64,000 bases of DNA from Polyangiaceae bacterium (GTDB lineage: Bacteria > Myxococcota_A > Polyangia > Polyangiales > Polyangiaceae). The notes beneath the pieces were generated by a model that ran no database searches, was not told where the DNA came from, and was given only the letters and a program-made list of their open reading frames with translations. Positions within the stretch are counted from its first letter, which is position 1; every line of letters begins with the position of its first letter. The stretch spans positions 64,001-128,000 of the forward strand of contig JBILLK010000017.1 in NCBI GenBank assembly GCA_044376115.1, given 5' to 3'. Of this stretch, positions 1 to 9,204 are shown piece by piece. Both the position numbers and the translations under genes were made by a program.

Positions 1-1161
1 GGAGATCGCCCGCACGAGATACGGGAAGCGCCCCCCGGCGGCCATCGCGCTCCAAAGCCGCTCGTGGTCGTCCACGAGCAAGACCGTGGGATTCTCAGCC
101 GACCGCATGGGCTCATCGGAGCGCGCGCTGCCTTCGACCGGCCGGCCCAACTGCAGCAGGGAGCGGTAGCCATGCGCCAACATCGCCGCGACCGTCGCGC
201 TGGTACCAAAGTCGATGCCCACCGCGCCGTGTCTTTGGAACGCCTTGCGATGAGGTAACGGGTCGCGAACGCGCACCGCGAGCGGCAACGACCAGATCAA
301 ATCGATGCTTACGTCCCGCCCCGCCGAGGCGCTCGCCGTTCGTTCATTGAACGAAAGCGTATGTACGCCCTCGAGCTCCAACGGAATGTTGCGGCCCTCT
401 TCTGGAATCTCCCCGAGTTCGGCGTGCCCGGTATCGAACACCAACTCCGTCTGCGTCGTGCGCTCCGTCACCTTTCGCCGACTCGCGTCTTCCACAAGCG
501 CAGCGGAACCATCGGCGGCGAGTTTCGAGAAGGCGTGCTGTACCTTGGTGACGCGAAGATCGGTTGCGTAAGTCGCGCCGGAACCTTCACTCCACGTCAC
601 CGACAGCCGCAGCAGAGCCTTGCCAGACCGATGCCAGAAGCCTTCCTCGGCATTCGCAAGGTCGAAGCTCCGTCTTTCAGGAGCACCTACCAACTCTGCA
701 TCGGTGGCGTCAGTTAGGTCGACCGTATCGAGTCCAGGGCCAGCCTCACCAAGCCCTACAAGCGTCAGATCAAGCACGGTAATGCGCTGGGGCGCGGCCG
801 TGGGTGCGGCCGCTGACCAAACCAGCAACGCAAGTTCCACCTTCTCGCCAAAGACCCCACGCAGCGAGCTGAGCGGAAGCCGCAGCTCAGCCCGAAAGGT
901 TGAACCTTCACCAGGAATGATCTTGAGGGGCGTGCCGCGCGCGGCTCCTGCAACCTCGAGCGCGGCGTCCACCGCGTCAGGGGCAACGCCCAGCAGAGTG
1001 ACGACGAACTCAGATGTAGAGATCCACCCATCGAACGCAGGGAGTGAAAGCGGCTGCGCCGCAGTCACCGCGCGACTGGGGAGCAGCGTTAGTGTGCCGC
1101 GAGGTCCGCTTCGAACGATGCGAACCGAAAGCCCATCGATTCGGAGCCTGGCGCCAGTCAT
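1..1161 (-). CDS. Hsp70/actin-fold ATPase-domain protein with a long N-terminal extension (partial, runs off the left edge)
   Basis: Not in the ORF track. Manual translation from ATG 1161 is open to base 1 and contains GAVGIDFGTSATVAAM (Hsp70 phosphate-1 loop) at about aa 315-330, followed by ENPTVLLV. Confidence 0.7.
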   Translation of the reverse strand, partial: MTGARLRIDGLSVRIVRSGPRGTLTLLPSRAVTAAQPLSLPAFDGWISTSEFVVTLLGVAPDAVDAALEVAGAARGTPLKIIPGEGSTFRAELRLPLSSLRGVFGEKVELALLVWSAAAPTAAPQRITVLDLTLVGLGEAGPGLDTVDLTDATDAELVGAPERRSFDLANAEEGFWHRSGKALLRLSVTWSEGSGATYATDLRVTKVQHAFSKLAADGSAALVEDASRRKVTERTTQTELVFDTGHAELGEIPEEGRNIPLELEGVHTLSFNERTASASAGRDVSIDLIWSLPLAVRVRDPLPHRKAFQRHGAVGIDFGTSATVAAMLAHGYRSLLQLGRPVEGSARSDEPMRSAENPTVLLVDDHERLWSAMAAGGRFPYLVRAIS

Positions 1162-1283
1162 CGCGGGGAGGGTAACCGGAGCAAGCCTATCGGGGAAGCA
1201 GCCGAACGCTTCTGCTTGAGTTCTTCATCGCGGCCGTTGAGACAAAGTGGGTTGGGCCGCGCACAGCAAACGAAGGTCGGTGG

Positions 1284-2057
1284 TCAGGCAACCTCGACGA
1301 TCAGACAGGTGATGTTGTCCTTCCCTCCACGATTGTTGGCGAGCGCGATGAATTGGTCCACCGCTGCGTCTCCGCCCATGGCTGCCAGCGCAGCGATCTC
1401 GTCAAGCTGCAGGTAGCCGTGAAGACCGTCACTACAGAGTATGTATTTGTCGCCGGACGCCATTGGGTAGATGTTGGTGTCCACTTCGACGTACTCCCGG
1501 TTGCCTACCGCGCGGGTGATCACGTTCTTGTGCGGGCTGTTCTTCGCGTCATTCTCCGAGATCAGGCCCTGCTTGAGTTGCCAAGCGATCAGCGTGTGAT
1601 CCTCCGTGAGCTGCACGGCGCTGTTCTGCCGGACCCGGTAGACTCGACTGTCGCCCACTTGGCCGGTGACGAACGAGTCACCAACCACGACAGCGCAGCT
1701 GATGGTGGTCCCCATGCCCGACTTGTCCTTCTCGAACTGGGCCATGCCGAAGACCATGTACGTCGCTGCTTGGATTGCGCCCTCGAGGAGTCGACACGCT
1801 GAACGGCCACGAGCTTCGTCCAACGACTCATATAGATCCCCGAGCCCGCTCAACCCCCGCTTCACCATGCCGTAGACGGTGTCCACGGCTTCGCCGCTTG
1901 CGATTTCGCCGGCTGCGTGCCCCCCCATCCCGTCAGCAACGATGAAGAGCCGCAGCGCGTCGTCTCGGAAGAATGCGTCTTCGTTGATCTTGCGATGCCG
2001 GCCAATGTCACTCTTCCCAAAAGAGCGAACGGTTGGACGCCAGGCCGGATAGTTCAT
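1284..2057 (-). CDS. PP2C/PPM-family Ser/Thr protein phosphatase (Stp1/PrpC-like)
   Basis: Motifs SDIGRHRKINED, ADGMGGH, GMGTT, VGDSR, DHT, ITRAVG, CSDGL, GGKDNIT. Start moved from 2126 to ATG 2057 (MNYPAW). Confidence 0.93.
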   Translation of the reverse strand: MNYPAWRPTVRSFGKSDIGRHRKINEDAFFRDDALRLFIVADGMGGHAAGEIASGEAVDTVYGMVKRGLSGLGDLYESLDEARGRSACRLLEGAIQAATYMVFGMAQFEKDKSGMGTTISCAVVVGDSFVTGQVGDSRVYRVRQNSAVQLTEDHTLIAWQLKQGLISENDAKNSPHKNVITRAVGNREYVEVDTNIYPMASGDKYILCSDGLHGYLQLDEIAALAAMGGDAAVDQFIALANNRGGKDNITCLIVEVA

Positions 2058-2227
2058 GGGACGGTCTCGAAGCCTCTTTGTGACGATAGCTGCTCGCTCG
2101 CGGAAATGTCGAGATACACGCAACATGAATTGAACCTGGACAGAAGTCCCGCGAAACAGGCCGCCCCGAGGCCCCCGATCGAAAGGCGGTGCATTCGGCG
2201 TGGTGTGCCTCTAGCCTGCGGCGCGAG

Positions 2228-3373
2228 ATGGCAGCAAGCACCGCAGCCGCGACATTCGTTGCGCCCCTCGGTGGCCTGGGCAAGCTCTTGGCGCGCGGGG
2301 CAGAGGCTGCCGAGAGGGCTCCTGTTGCCGAGAAGAGGTCGGCCTTCGAGCCGTTCCGACGGGCGTTCGTTGGGGCCATGCGCACCCTGCACCGGCCTCG
2401 CGCCTCGGTCGTATTCCTTTCAGGGGCGCCCAACCTCGCCAACCCGTTGGCCCTCGCGGTCACCCAGTCGGCCTACCGTCACCTACCCTGCCTGTTCGTC
2501 CCCGCGGCCGCTGTACTCAGCGAGGCTGGAGAGATGGAAGGCGGGTTTGCTGCCGCGGGAGCTGGCTGGAGCAGCGGAAGTGCCGAGATTTCGCTGGGAG
2601 AAACACTTGAAGAGGCGCTCGGCGCAGTGAAACCGGGGGGCAGTCTAGCCCTCTTCACGACCGACGAAGCACCGGATCTCGAGGCCGCTGCACGTGGCCG
2701 CCGACTGGTGTTTGGCAGCGTAACCGCGGGGCCGCTCGTGCTTGCGAACGACGGCGTCGTCAGCGCTGGAGCTTACGCTGTGGTGCGCTTCGACGACGCT
2801 TTCTCGCCGGTGGTTGAGTCCTCCTCCGCGGCTCGGGTCGTGACGGAAGTGTTCACCGTGACCTCAGCCGAAGGCTCGATGATCCTTGGCCTCAACGATA
2901 CGGCGGCGCTGGACGTACTCACCGATCGCACGGGGGGTGGTAAGCATCGTGGGCTCGTCGTTATGAAGGTTGTCCACGAAAACGAGCTAGAGCGAATCGA
3001 CCTACGGCCGATTCGAGGCGTTGACCCTACGAAGAAGGGCATCGCGATTCGCGGTGAAGCGCGCTTGGGGATGCGAGTGGCGTTTGCCGTTCGCGACCCA
3101 GCCACCGCGAAGCACGAGCTCGAGGAGAGCGTTCGCCGCACTGAAGAACGTGCACGCGGTTCGCAACCTATGCTTGGCCTTTACCTTTCGTGCGCCGGTC
3201 GGCAGCGAGCGCTGTATGGAGAGGCCGACACGGAGCTTCGCATCATCCGCCGCAAGTTTCCCAAGCTCCCGCTCGCGGGTATGTTCGGCGCCTTTCAGAT
3301 TGTGCCGCGCGAACGCGGAGCTGAGCAACAACTCATGGGCTCGGTGCTTGCCCTCTTTAGAGCCCCCAGCTGA
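2228..3373 (+). CDS. FIST signal-transduction domain protein
   Basis: C-terminal FIST_C-like LYLSCAGRQRALYG...PLAGMFGAFQI and VT.AEG..I..LN...AL. Start taken at ATG 2228. Confidence 0.75.
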   Translation: MAASTAAATFVAPLGGLGKLLARGAEAAERAPVAEKRSAFEPFRRAFVGAMRTLHRPRASVVFLSGAPNLANPLALAVTQSAYRHLPCLFVPAAAVLSEAGEMEGGFAAAGAGWSSGSAEISLGETLEEALGAVKPGGSLALFTTDEAPDLEAAARGRRLVFGSVTAGPLVLANDGVVSAGAYAVVRFDDAFSPVVESSSAARVVTEVFTVTSAEGSMILGLNDTAALDVLTDRTGGGKHRGLVVMKVVHENELERIDLRPIRGVDPTKKGIAIRGEARLGMRVAFAVRDPATAKHELEESVRRTEERARGSQPMLGLYLSCAGRQRALYGEADTELRIIRRKFPKLPLAGMFGAFQIVPRERGAEQQLMGSVLALFRAPS

Positions 3374-3403
3374 TCTTCATAGGACTGACTTTCAAGGAGC
3401 GAC

Positions 3404-3643
3404 ATGACGACCATCGACACACTTCGAGTTTTCTTTGCCGAGCGCGGAGCCAAAGGCCAAGGGTTGGGAGAGACCGACTCTCTCCTCGAGAACGGCCTCC
3501 TCGATTCAATGGCCATCGTAAAGTTGGTCGGCTTCATCGAGGAGCGCTTCGGCGTGGCGCTTGGTGATGAGGAGTTCGACCCTGATAACTTCGAGACGCT
3601 AAGCGCGATTGCATCGATGATCGATGCCAAGAAAGCTGGCTGA
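3404..3643 (+). CDS. Acyl/peptidyl carrier protein (PltL/RedO/DltC-like)
   Basis: 79-aa acidic protein with the phosphopantetheine motif GLLDSMAIV, plus EERFGV and NFETLSAI. AAGGAG RBS upstream. Confidence 0.9.
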   Translation: MTTIDTLRVFFAERGAKGQGLGETDSLLENGLLDSMAIVKLVGFIEERFGVALGDEEFDPDNFETLSAIASMIDAKKAG

Positions 3644-3649
3644 GAGGCC

Positions 3650-4813
3650 GTGGATTTCTCGTTCAGTGAAGAACAGCGCGCGTTTCAGAAGTCGATCCTC
3701 GAGTTCGCACAGAAAGAGCTTCAAGACAGCACGGCCTCTCCGAAGACCACCCGTGAGCGGGACAAGTCTTCGACGTTCTTTGAGGACGGCTTCAAAAGGG
3801 CCGCTGACTTCGGGCTGCTAGGCCTACCGATCCCCGAGCAGTACGGGGGCCTCGGGCGTGACGTGATCGATTGCACGCTGGCCATGCAGGCACTCGGCCA
3901 AGGTTGTCCCGACAGCGGGCTGGGCTTCACCATCAGCTCACACGTCTTCACCTGCGAGATTCCCATCCTTCTGTTCGGCAGTGAAGCCCAGAAGACCGCG
4001 TTGCTTCCAGCCATGGTGCGAGGCGAGATCATCGGCTGCCACGCGATGAGCGAACCGGAGGCTGGCAGTGATGCGTTTAGCCTGCAAACCACGGCCGAGA
4101 AGCGGGGTGACCGCTACATCCTCAACGGTTCGAAGACCTTCATTTCGAATGCCCCGATCGCCAACCTGTTCTTGATCTTTGCCACCGTTAACAAGAAAAA
4201 AGGGTGGGCGGGGGTAACCGGCTTTTTGGTGGATCGAAACACCAAGGGGCTGACCGTCTCTGCGCCTCTCGACAAGCTGGGGCTCAAGACCTCGCCAACG
4301 GGCGAGTTGCACCTAGAGGATCTCGAGGTTCCCGAGTCCGCCATTCTTGGTCGCGTCGGACAAGGTTCGGCTATCTTCAACGCGGAGATGGAATGGGAAC
4401 GTAGCTGCCTATTCGCCCTTCACCTCGGAACGATGCAGCGGCAGCTTGATACCACCATCCAATACGCCAAGGACCGTAAGCAGTTTGGCCAGTCCATCGG
4501 CAGCTTTCAGGCCGTGTCCCACAAGATCGCGGATATGCGCCTGCGCATCGAGCTATCAGAAATGATGCTCTACAAGGTGGCGTGGATGAAGGCCCGTGGG
4601 CTTCGCGCCCCGCTGGAGAGCGCCATGTCCAAGCTCTACGTGAGCGAGTCTTTCGTAGCCAACAGCCTTGATGCAGTACAGCTTCGCGGCGGCTACGGGT
4701 TCATGAGCGAGTACGAGGTCGAGCGTGATCTTCGCGACTCGATCGGCTCTCGGATTTACTCCGGTACCAACGAGATTCAACGCAATATCATCGCTAGCCT
4801 GCTGGGGCTCTAA
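3650..4813 (+). CDS. Acyl-CoA dehydrogenase family, carrier-protein-dependent (L-prolyl-PCP dehydrogenase PltE/RedW-like)
   Basis: SEPEAGSD, LNGSKTFISN, RKQFGQSIGSFQAV, MEWERSCLFA and IYSGTNEIQRNII. Lies 6 nt after the ACP gene. Confidence 0.88.
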   Translation: MDFSFSEEQRAFQKSILEFAQKELQDSTASPKTTRERDKSSTFFEDGFKRAADFGLLGLPIPEQYGGLGRDVIDCTLAMQALGQGCPDSGLGFTISSHVFTCEIPILLFGSEAQKTALLPAMVRGEIIGCHAMSEPEAGSDAFSLQTTAEKRGDRYILNGSKTFISNAPIANLFLIFATVNKKKGWAGVTGFLVDRNTKGLTVSAPLDKLGLKTSPTGELHLEDLEVPESAILGRVGQGSAIFNAEMEWERSCLFALHLGTMQRQLDTTIQYAKDRKQFGQSIGSFQAVSHKIADMRLRIELSEMMLYKVAWMKARGLRAPLESAMSKLYVSESFVANSLDAVQLRGGYGFMSEYEVERDLRDSIGSRIYSGTNEIQRNIIASLLGL

Positions 4814-5238
4814 GCCTCGATCTCGGCATAAGCGGTAGCGATGCGCTGTCGAACGGCCTCCTGCTCTTCGGCGCTTTGGTATTTCTTACGTGGCCAAAAG
4901 AAGCCTTTGAGGCCGTCACCCTTCGTGCGTGGGACCACGTGAACATGCAGGTGGGGCACGCTTTGACTCACGCGATTGTTCATCGCAACGAAGGTGCCCT
5001 GGGCTGACATGGCTCGCTCGACGGCACGCGACATTCGTTGAACCGCAGCGAACAAGACGGGAACCTCGCCGGCCGTGAGATCACCAAGCGTCACGCGGTG
5101 CAGGTTGGGCACCACCAACACATGACCGACAAAGAGCGGGGTGATGTCGAGGAAGGCGGTCACCTCAGCTTCCTGAGCCACAACCGACGCGGGGGCACTC
5201 CCCGCCACGATGGCGCAAAAGACGCATGGCTTGTTCAT
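4810..5238 (-). CDS. HIT family hydrolase
   Basis: CVFC at the N-terminus and histidine triad HLHVHVVP. ATG 5238 overlaps the stop of the upstream gene. Confidence 0.93.
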   Translation of the reverse strand: MNKPCVFCAIVAGSAPASVVAQEAEVTAFLDITPLFVGHVLVVPNLHRVTLGDLTAGEVPVLFAAVQRMSRAVERAMSAQGTFVAMNNRVSQSVPHLHVHVVPRTKGDGLKGFFWPRKKYQSAEEQEAVRQRIATAYAEIEA

Positions 5239-6044
5239 CGGACGCCCAACTCCCACGCCTCTGCCGCATCGTGCGCACAGAACATCTTGACTCGGGGCTC
5301 ACTGGCGAGCGCTCGCAGACGCTCCTGATTGCGTAGACGCGCCCGGTTGTCACTCGCGGCCAGGCGCTGGAACGCCCTTAGCTGCCAGGGACAGTCCCGA
5401 TGATTGCCGTAGATCTCGGCGTGATTGAAGTACGCATCGCCAGCATGAACCAGCAGCTCGGCGCCGTGATCAACGACAACCGCGACGTGCCCTCGCGAGT
5501 GTCCCACCGTCGGGACAAGTAGGATCTCCGGTGGCAAACCTTTGAGTTCGCGAACGCTCTCGAGACCGAAGAAACGCTCGCCCTGAACCTGATACCGCTG
5601 CCAGTGGGGCCTATGGGCGAACTGGTGCTTTCGGTAGCGGTTCCGCTCCGCGAGCGTTGCACCCGCTTCCATCGCATGAACCTCAGGAGCAAACGCGTGC
5701 ACCACCGCCTGGGGAAAGTCGGGAAGTCCGCCCGCGTGATCGAGATCCAGGTGCGTTGGCACGATGTGTCGTACGTCCTCTCGTTTGAAGCCGAGCCGTT
5801 CGACATGCGATAGGGCCGTCTCCTCCTCGCGCAACTTCGGCCGGGCAATCTTGGCGAAGCCCGCACCTAGCAACGCGGGGTTCCGTAAATCCGTCGTCCC
5901 AAAGCCAGTGTCGACGAGCACCAGCCCAGACTGGGGAGTCTCGATCAGGAGCACATGACAAATCATGCGCTGCTGAGGAAGGCTTCGCGCGAGACCAAAG
6001 ACAACTGGGCACATCGTCCCGCAATTGAGGTGGTGCACGCGCAT
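5235..6044 (-). CDS. MBL-fold metallo-hydrolase (lactonase/phosphotriesterase-like)
   Basis: LVDTG, THLDLDHAGG, GHSRGH, AGDA and CAHD motifs. Confidence 0.9.
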   Translation of the reverse strand: MRVHHLNCGTMCPVVFGLARSLPQQRMICHVLLIETPQSGLVLVDTGFGTTDLRNPALLGAGFAKIARPKLREEETALSHVERLGFKREDVRHIVPTHLDLDHAGGLPDFPQAVVHAFAPEVHAMEAGATLAERNRYRKHQFAHRPHWQRYQVQGERFFGLESVRELKGLPPEILLVPTVGHSRGHVAVVVDHGAELLVHAGDAYFNHAEIYGNHRDCPWQLRAFQRLAASDNRARLRNQERLRALASEPRVKMFCAHDAAEAWELGVR

Positions 6045-6235
6045 CGGGAGAGCCTCTCACCTGGCGTGCCGCCACACAAGCACCTGAGTCACGGCTGCTC
6101 CATGGACAGACGTTGAAGTTCCGCACACCAGCACACTGAAGAGGGCCTGGAGAAAGACTTTGGTTAGCTCAACGTATGAGAGTGCCTTACCTTAAGGTGT
6201 CCCCGCAGTCGTCCTGTTGCTGTTCTGGAGGTTTC

Positions 6236-7531
6236 ATGAGGCGCGTTTCGACTCACATTGGGTTGTCTGCACTGGGCTCGCTCCAGAAGGTTGGTCTTGC
6301 AACCACCCTTTGCTTCGCTACCGCCTGCGAAGTTGAAGACAGCAACGTGATGAACACGAGGCCGCGAGATACCGTCGAATCGGAGATTTTTGGTGGCCAG
6401 GTCGACACGACGCACGACGCCGTTGTCTACCTCGAGGGCGGTGGCTCGTGCACCGGGACGATCATCACCGCAAAGAACGGCGTGGGGTGGGTCCTCACAG
6501 CCGGGCACTGCGACACCATCGACTACATCATCATCGGTGACGACCTTCAGGCGTACGATGTGGCCTTCAATGTAGTGCAGGACGTCCCACACCCCCAATG
6601 GTCTGGAGACGCCGGCAACGGCTACGACTTCCGACTTCTGCGCTTCAGCTACAGCGGCGGTGACCCGCCGGTCATCCCTGCAGCCACGGGTGATGCGGGG
6701 CTCGTCGGGCAGACTGTCACGCACGTCGGCTACGGCCTTACCGAGAACGGGTCAACCAACAAGCGGCGGGCGGTCAATCAAGTCGTCGACCAAATCTACG
6801 GCACCCCTCCGCTGTTGGGCTTTGATCAGTCGGGGGGAGTTGGAACCTGTTCCGGAGACTCCGGTGGGCCTGCCCTTCGCAACGGTGAAGTCGTCGGGGT
6901 TACGTCCTTCGGTGACTCGGGCTGTGTGATTGAAGGCTACAGCGGTCGAGTGGCGGTTGTTTACGATTGGATCGCGTCGACCGCGGACATCACCGATGTT
7001 CCGGCGGAACCGACATGCGACGAATGCATCGGTACCGAGACCGATCAAGGTGGAGATTGCGCGGCGGCCTGGGCGGCGTGCCAACCGCAGAGCGACTGCC
7101 TCGCGCTCGACGGCTGCTACCAAAACTGTGGGGATGACGCTTGTTACGCCCAATGCGACTCCACCTACGCAGGCGTCGTCTCGTTACTCAGCGACGTGTA
7201 CAACTGCCTGTGCCTGGCGACTGTCTGCAGCGACGTCTGCGGGTGCCTCTACGACCCCAACAGCACCGGCAGTTCGATGATGAACGGCGCAGGCGGCTCA
7301 GAGGCCAATGGTGGGAACTCAGGGAATGGCGGCGCCAACACCGGGGACGGGGGAACCAACTCTGCGGGCGGAAGTGACAGTGCCGGCGGTGCGAATGCGG
7401 CGGATGACGAGCAGGACCTCACCGGTATCAACTGCAGCTGTGAAACCCCAGGTAGATCCGGGAGCCCTGTGGGGGCCATCGGTCTTATGCTTGCTGCAGG
7501 AATATCGCTTGGCCGGCGCCGCCGTCGCTAA
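6236..7531 (+). CDS. Trypsin-like (S1) serine protease with Cys-rich region and MYXO-CTERM-like sorting tail
   Basis: LTAGHC, YDFRLL and GDSGGP triad motifs; Cys-rich segment; Gly/Asn linker; C-terminal CSC...hydrophobic...RRRRR. Start codon uncertain (6176 or 6236). Confidence 0.88.
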   Translation: MRRVSTHIGLSALGSLQKVGLATTLCFATACEVEDSNVMNTRPRDTVESEIFGGQVDTTHDAVVYLEGGGSCTGTIITAKNGVGWVLTAGHCDTIDYIIIGDDLQAYDVAFNVVQDVPHPQWSGDAGNGYDFRLLRFSYSGGDPPVIPAATGDAGLVGQTVTHVGYGLTENGSTNKRRAVNQVVDQIYGTPPLLGFDQSGGVGTCSGDSGGPALRNGEVVGVTSFGDSGCVIEGYSGRVAVVYDWIASTADITDVPAEPTCDECIGTETDQGGDCAAAWAACQPQSDCLALDGCYQNCGDDACYAQCDSTYAGVVSLLSDVYNCLCLATVCSDVCGCLYDPNSTGSSMMNGAGGSEANGGNSGNGGANTGDGGTNSAGGSDSAGGANAADDEQDLTGINCSCETPGRSGSPVGAIGLMLAAGISLGRRRRR

Positions 7532-9093
7532 CGCAACGAGGCGGCTTTGTTGATCAGGGCCTGCTTATCAATCTTCCCGGATGATGTGCGCGGCAGCTCC
7601 GACTCGATGAAGATCGGGTCGGGCACCATATAATCGGGCAGCTTGGTGCGCAGTCGCGCAGCAAGCTCCTTTACGTCGAGTTGGCCCGCATCCCCTAAGA
7701 GGAATGCCACGATCGCGTTCCCAATCTTCTCGTCGGGGACGGTAACCACGGCACTCTCGGCCACTGGCAGTAGTTCTTCGATCGCTTTCTCGACTTCCGA
7801 CAGCTCCACGCGGTAGCCGCGAGTCTTCACCATGCTGTCCCGACGACCTATCAAGAACAGCTGGCCGTCAACGTCGCGCCGGGCCAGATCTCCGGTGCGA
7901 TAAACACGCTCACCAGAATGTGGAAACTCCGGGTCTTGTACGAAGCGTTCGGCCGAGCGTTCGGGGTCTCTGAAGTAGGCCCCGCTCGCGACACTTCCGG
8001 AGCGCACGCAAAGCTCCCCGGCTCCTTCGCCCTTTAGAATGCTTTCATCCTCAGCCCAGAGGAAGACCTCAAAGTTGGGTAGCGCATGCCCAAGCGGCAG
8101 CGACGCGTCAGCCTTTTCCGGCAGGGTCACGACCTCGTAAACCATTGAAGAGTTGGCCTCAGTCTGGCCGTAAACATTGAAGAGCCGCGCCCGACTGAAG
8201 ACCTCGCGGACACGCGCAAGCAAGGGCACAGGCATCCGCTCCCCCGAGAAGAAGATCGCTCGCACAGACGCAACGTTGTGCTCCGCAGCTCGACCTTTAT
8301 CAAGCAAGAGCGCGAGCGCTGAAACGACCGAGTTCCAAACGGTCACCCCATACTCGGCGATTGCAGCGCACATCTTCTGTGGAAACGCGGAGTAAAACTC
8401 CGGCAAGACGACGACAGCGCCACGAACCGAGGCCGCGCAGAACAGATCAAACACCGACAGGTCAAAGTGCAGCGGTGCGTGCAGCGCGAACCGGTCAGCC
8501 TCGTTGAAGTTGAACTCGGACAACGCAGCATTGATGAATACCAACGAGTTGCGGTGGGAAATTGCGACCCCCTTCGGCACGCCCGTGGAGCCTGAGGTAT
8601 GCAACACGTAGGCGATCGCCTGATCCGAGAGCGCCGTCGGCCGCGGCCTGTGCTCCTGCAAGGCCCCCTCGATCACGGGTCCATCATCGCCAAGCAAGAC
8701 GAAGCCGCGCTGCGACCAAGCACTGTCAGCGCCCGACTGCTCGAGTAAGCTGGCCACTCGCTGCTTTGTCGTGACGACGGCAGAAACCGCTGCACGCGAG
8801 AGAATCGTTGCGTTCCTATTGATGGGCGCCGCGATGTCTAGCGGAACATAGGCAGCGCCGACCGACAGAATTCCATACAAGGCGGCAATCGACCAGGCCG
8901 ACTTCTCGACGAACAGGGCCACTCGATCACCCTGGCCTATGCCCAGTTGCTGAAGACTCTCCGCGACGCGCTGTGCGTTCTTAGCAAGGGTGGCGTAGTC
9001 CCAAACCTGCTTTCGATCGCAGATGGCCACGTTGGTCGGAGCCTCTCGCGCCGCACGTTCGAGCAGCTGGTGCAGAAGGTAGGGCTGTTGCAT
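7528..9093 (-). CDS. Stand-alone amino acid adenylation enzyme (PltF/RedM/DltA-like)
   Basis: YVLHTSGSTGVPKG, HAPLHFDLSVFD, NVYGQTE, YRTGD, GRRDSMVKTRGYRVE, LPDYMVP, SGKID. No fused PCP or C domain. Start taken at ATG 9093. Confidence 0.9.
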   Translation of the reverse strand: MQQPYLLHQLLERAAREAPTNVAICDRKQVWDYATLAKNAQRVAESLQQLGIGQGDRVALFVEKSAWSIAALYGILSVGAAYVPLDIAAPINRNATILSRAAVSAVVTTKQRVASLLEQSGADSAWSQRGFVLLGDDGPVIEGALQEHRPRPTALSDQAIAYVLHTSGSTGVPKGVAISHRNSLVFINAALSEFNFNEADRFALHAPLHFDLSVFDLFCAASVRGAVVVLPEFYSAFPQKMCAAIAEYGVTVWNSVVSALALLLDKGRAAEHNVASVRAIFFSGERMPVPLLARVREVFSRARLFNVYGQTEANSSMVYEVVTLPEKADASLPLGHALPNFEVFLWAEDESILKGEGAGELCVRSGSVASGAYFRDPERSAERFVQDPEFPHSGERVYRTGDLARRDVDGQLFLIGRRDSMVKTRGYRVELSEVEKAIEELLPVAESAVVTVPDEKIGNAIVAFLLGDAGQLDVKELAARLRTKLPDYMVPDPIFIESELPRTSSGKIDKQALINKAASLR

Positions 9094-9204
9094 TGGCCTT
9101 TGATATCCCCAGAAACGGCCGCCATCAAGCGGGCGCACCCGCACGGTTCACTTCCGTCGAAGTCGTCCCACACGATCCACGACTAGCATGCTAAAGCGCT
9201 GCGC

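Noticed and set aside
305..1219. Plus-strand ORFs of 72-199 aa
   Set aside because: Shadows of the minus-strand Hsp70-like frame.
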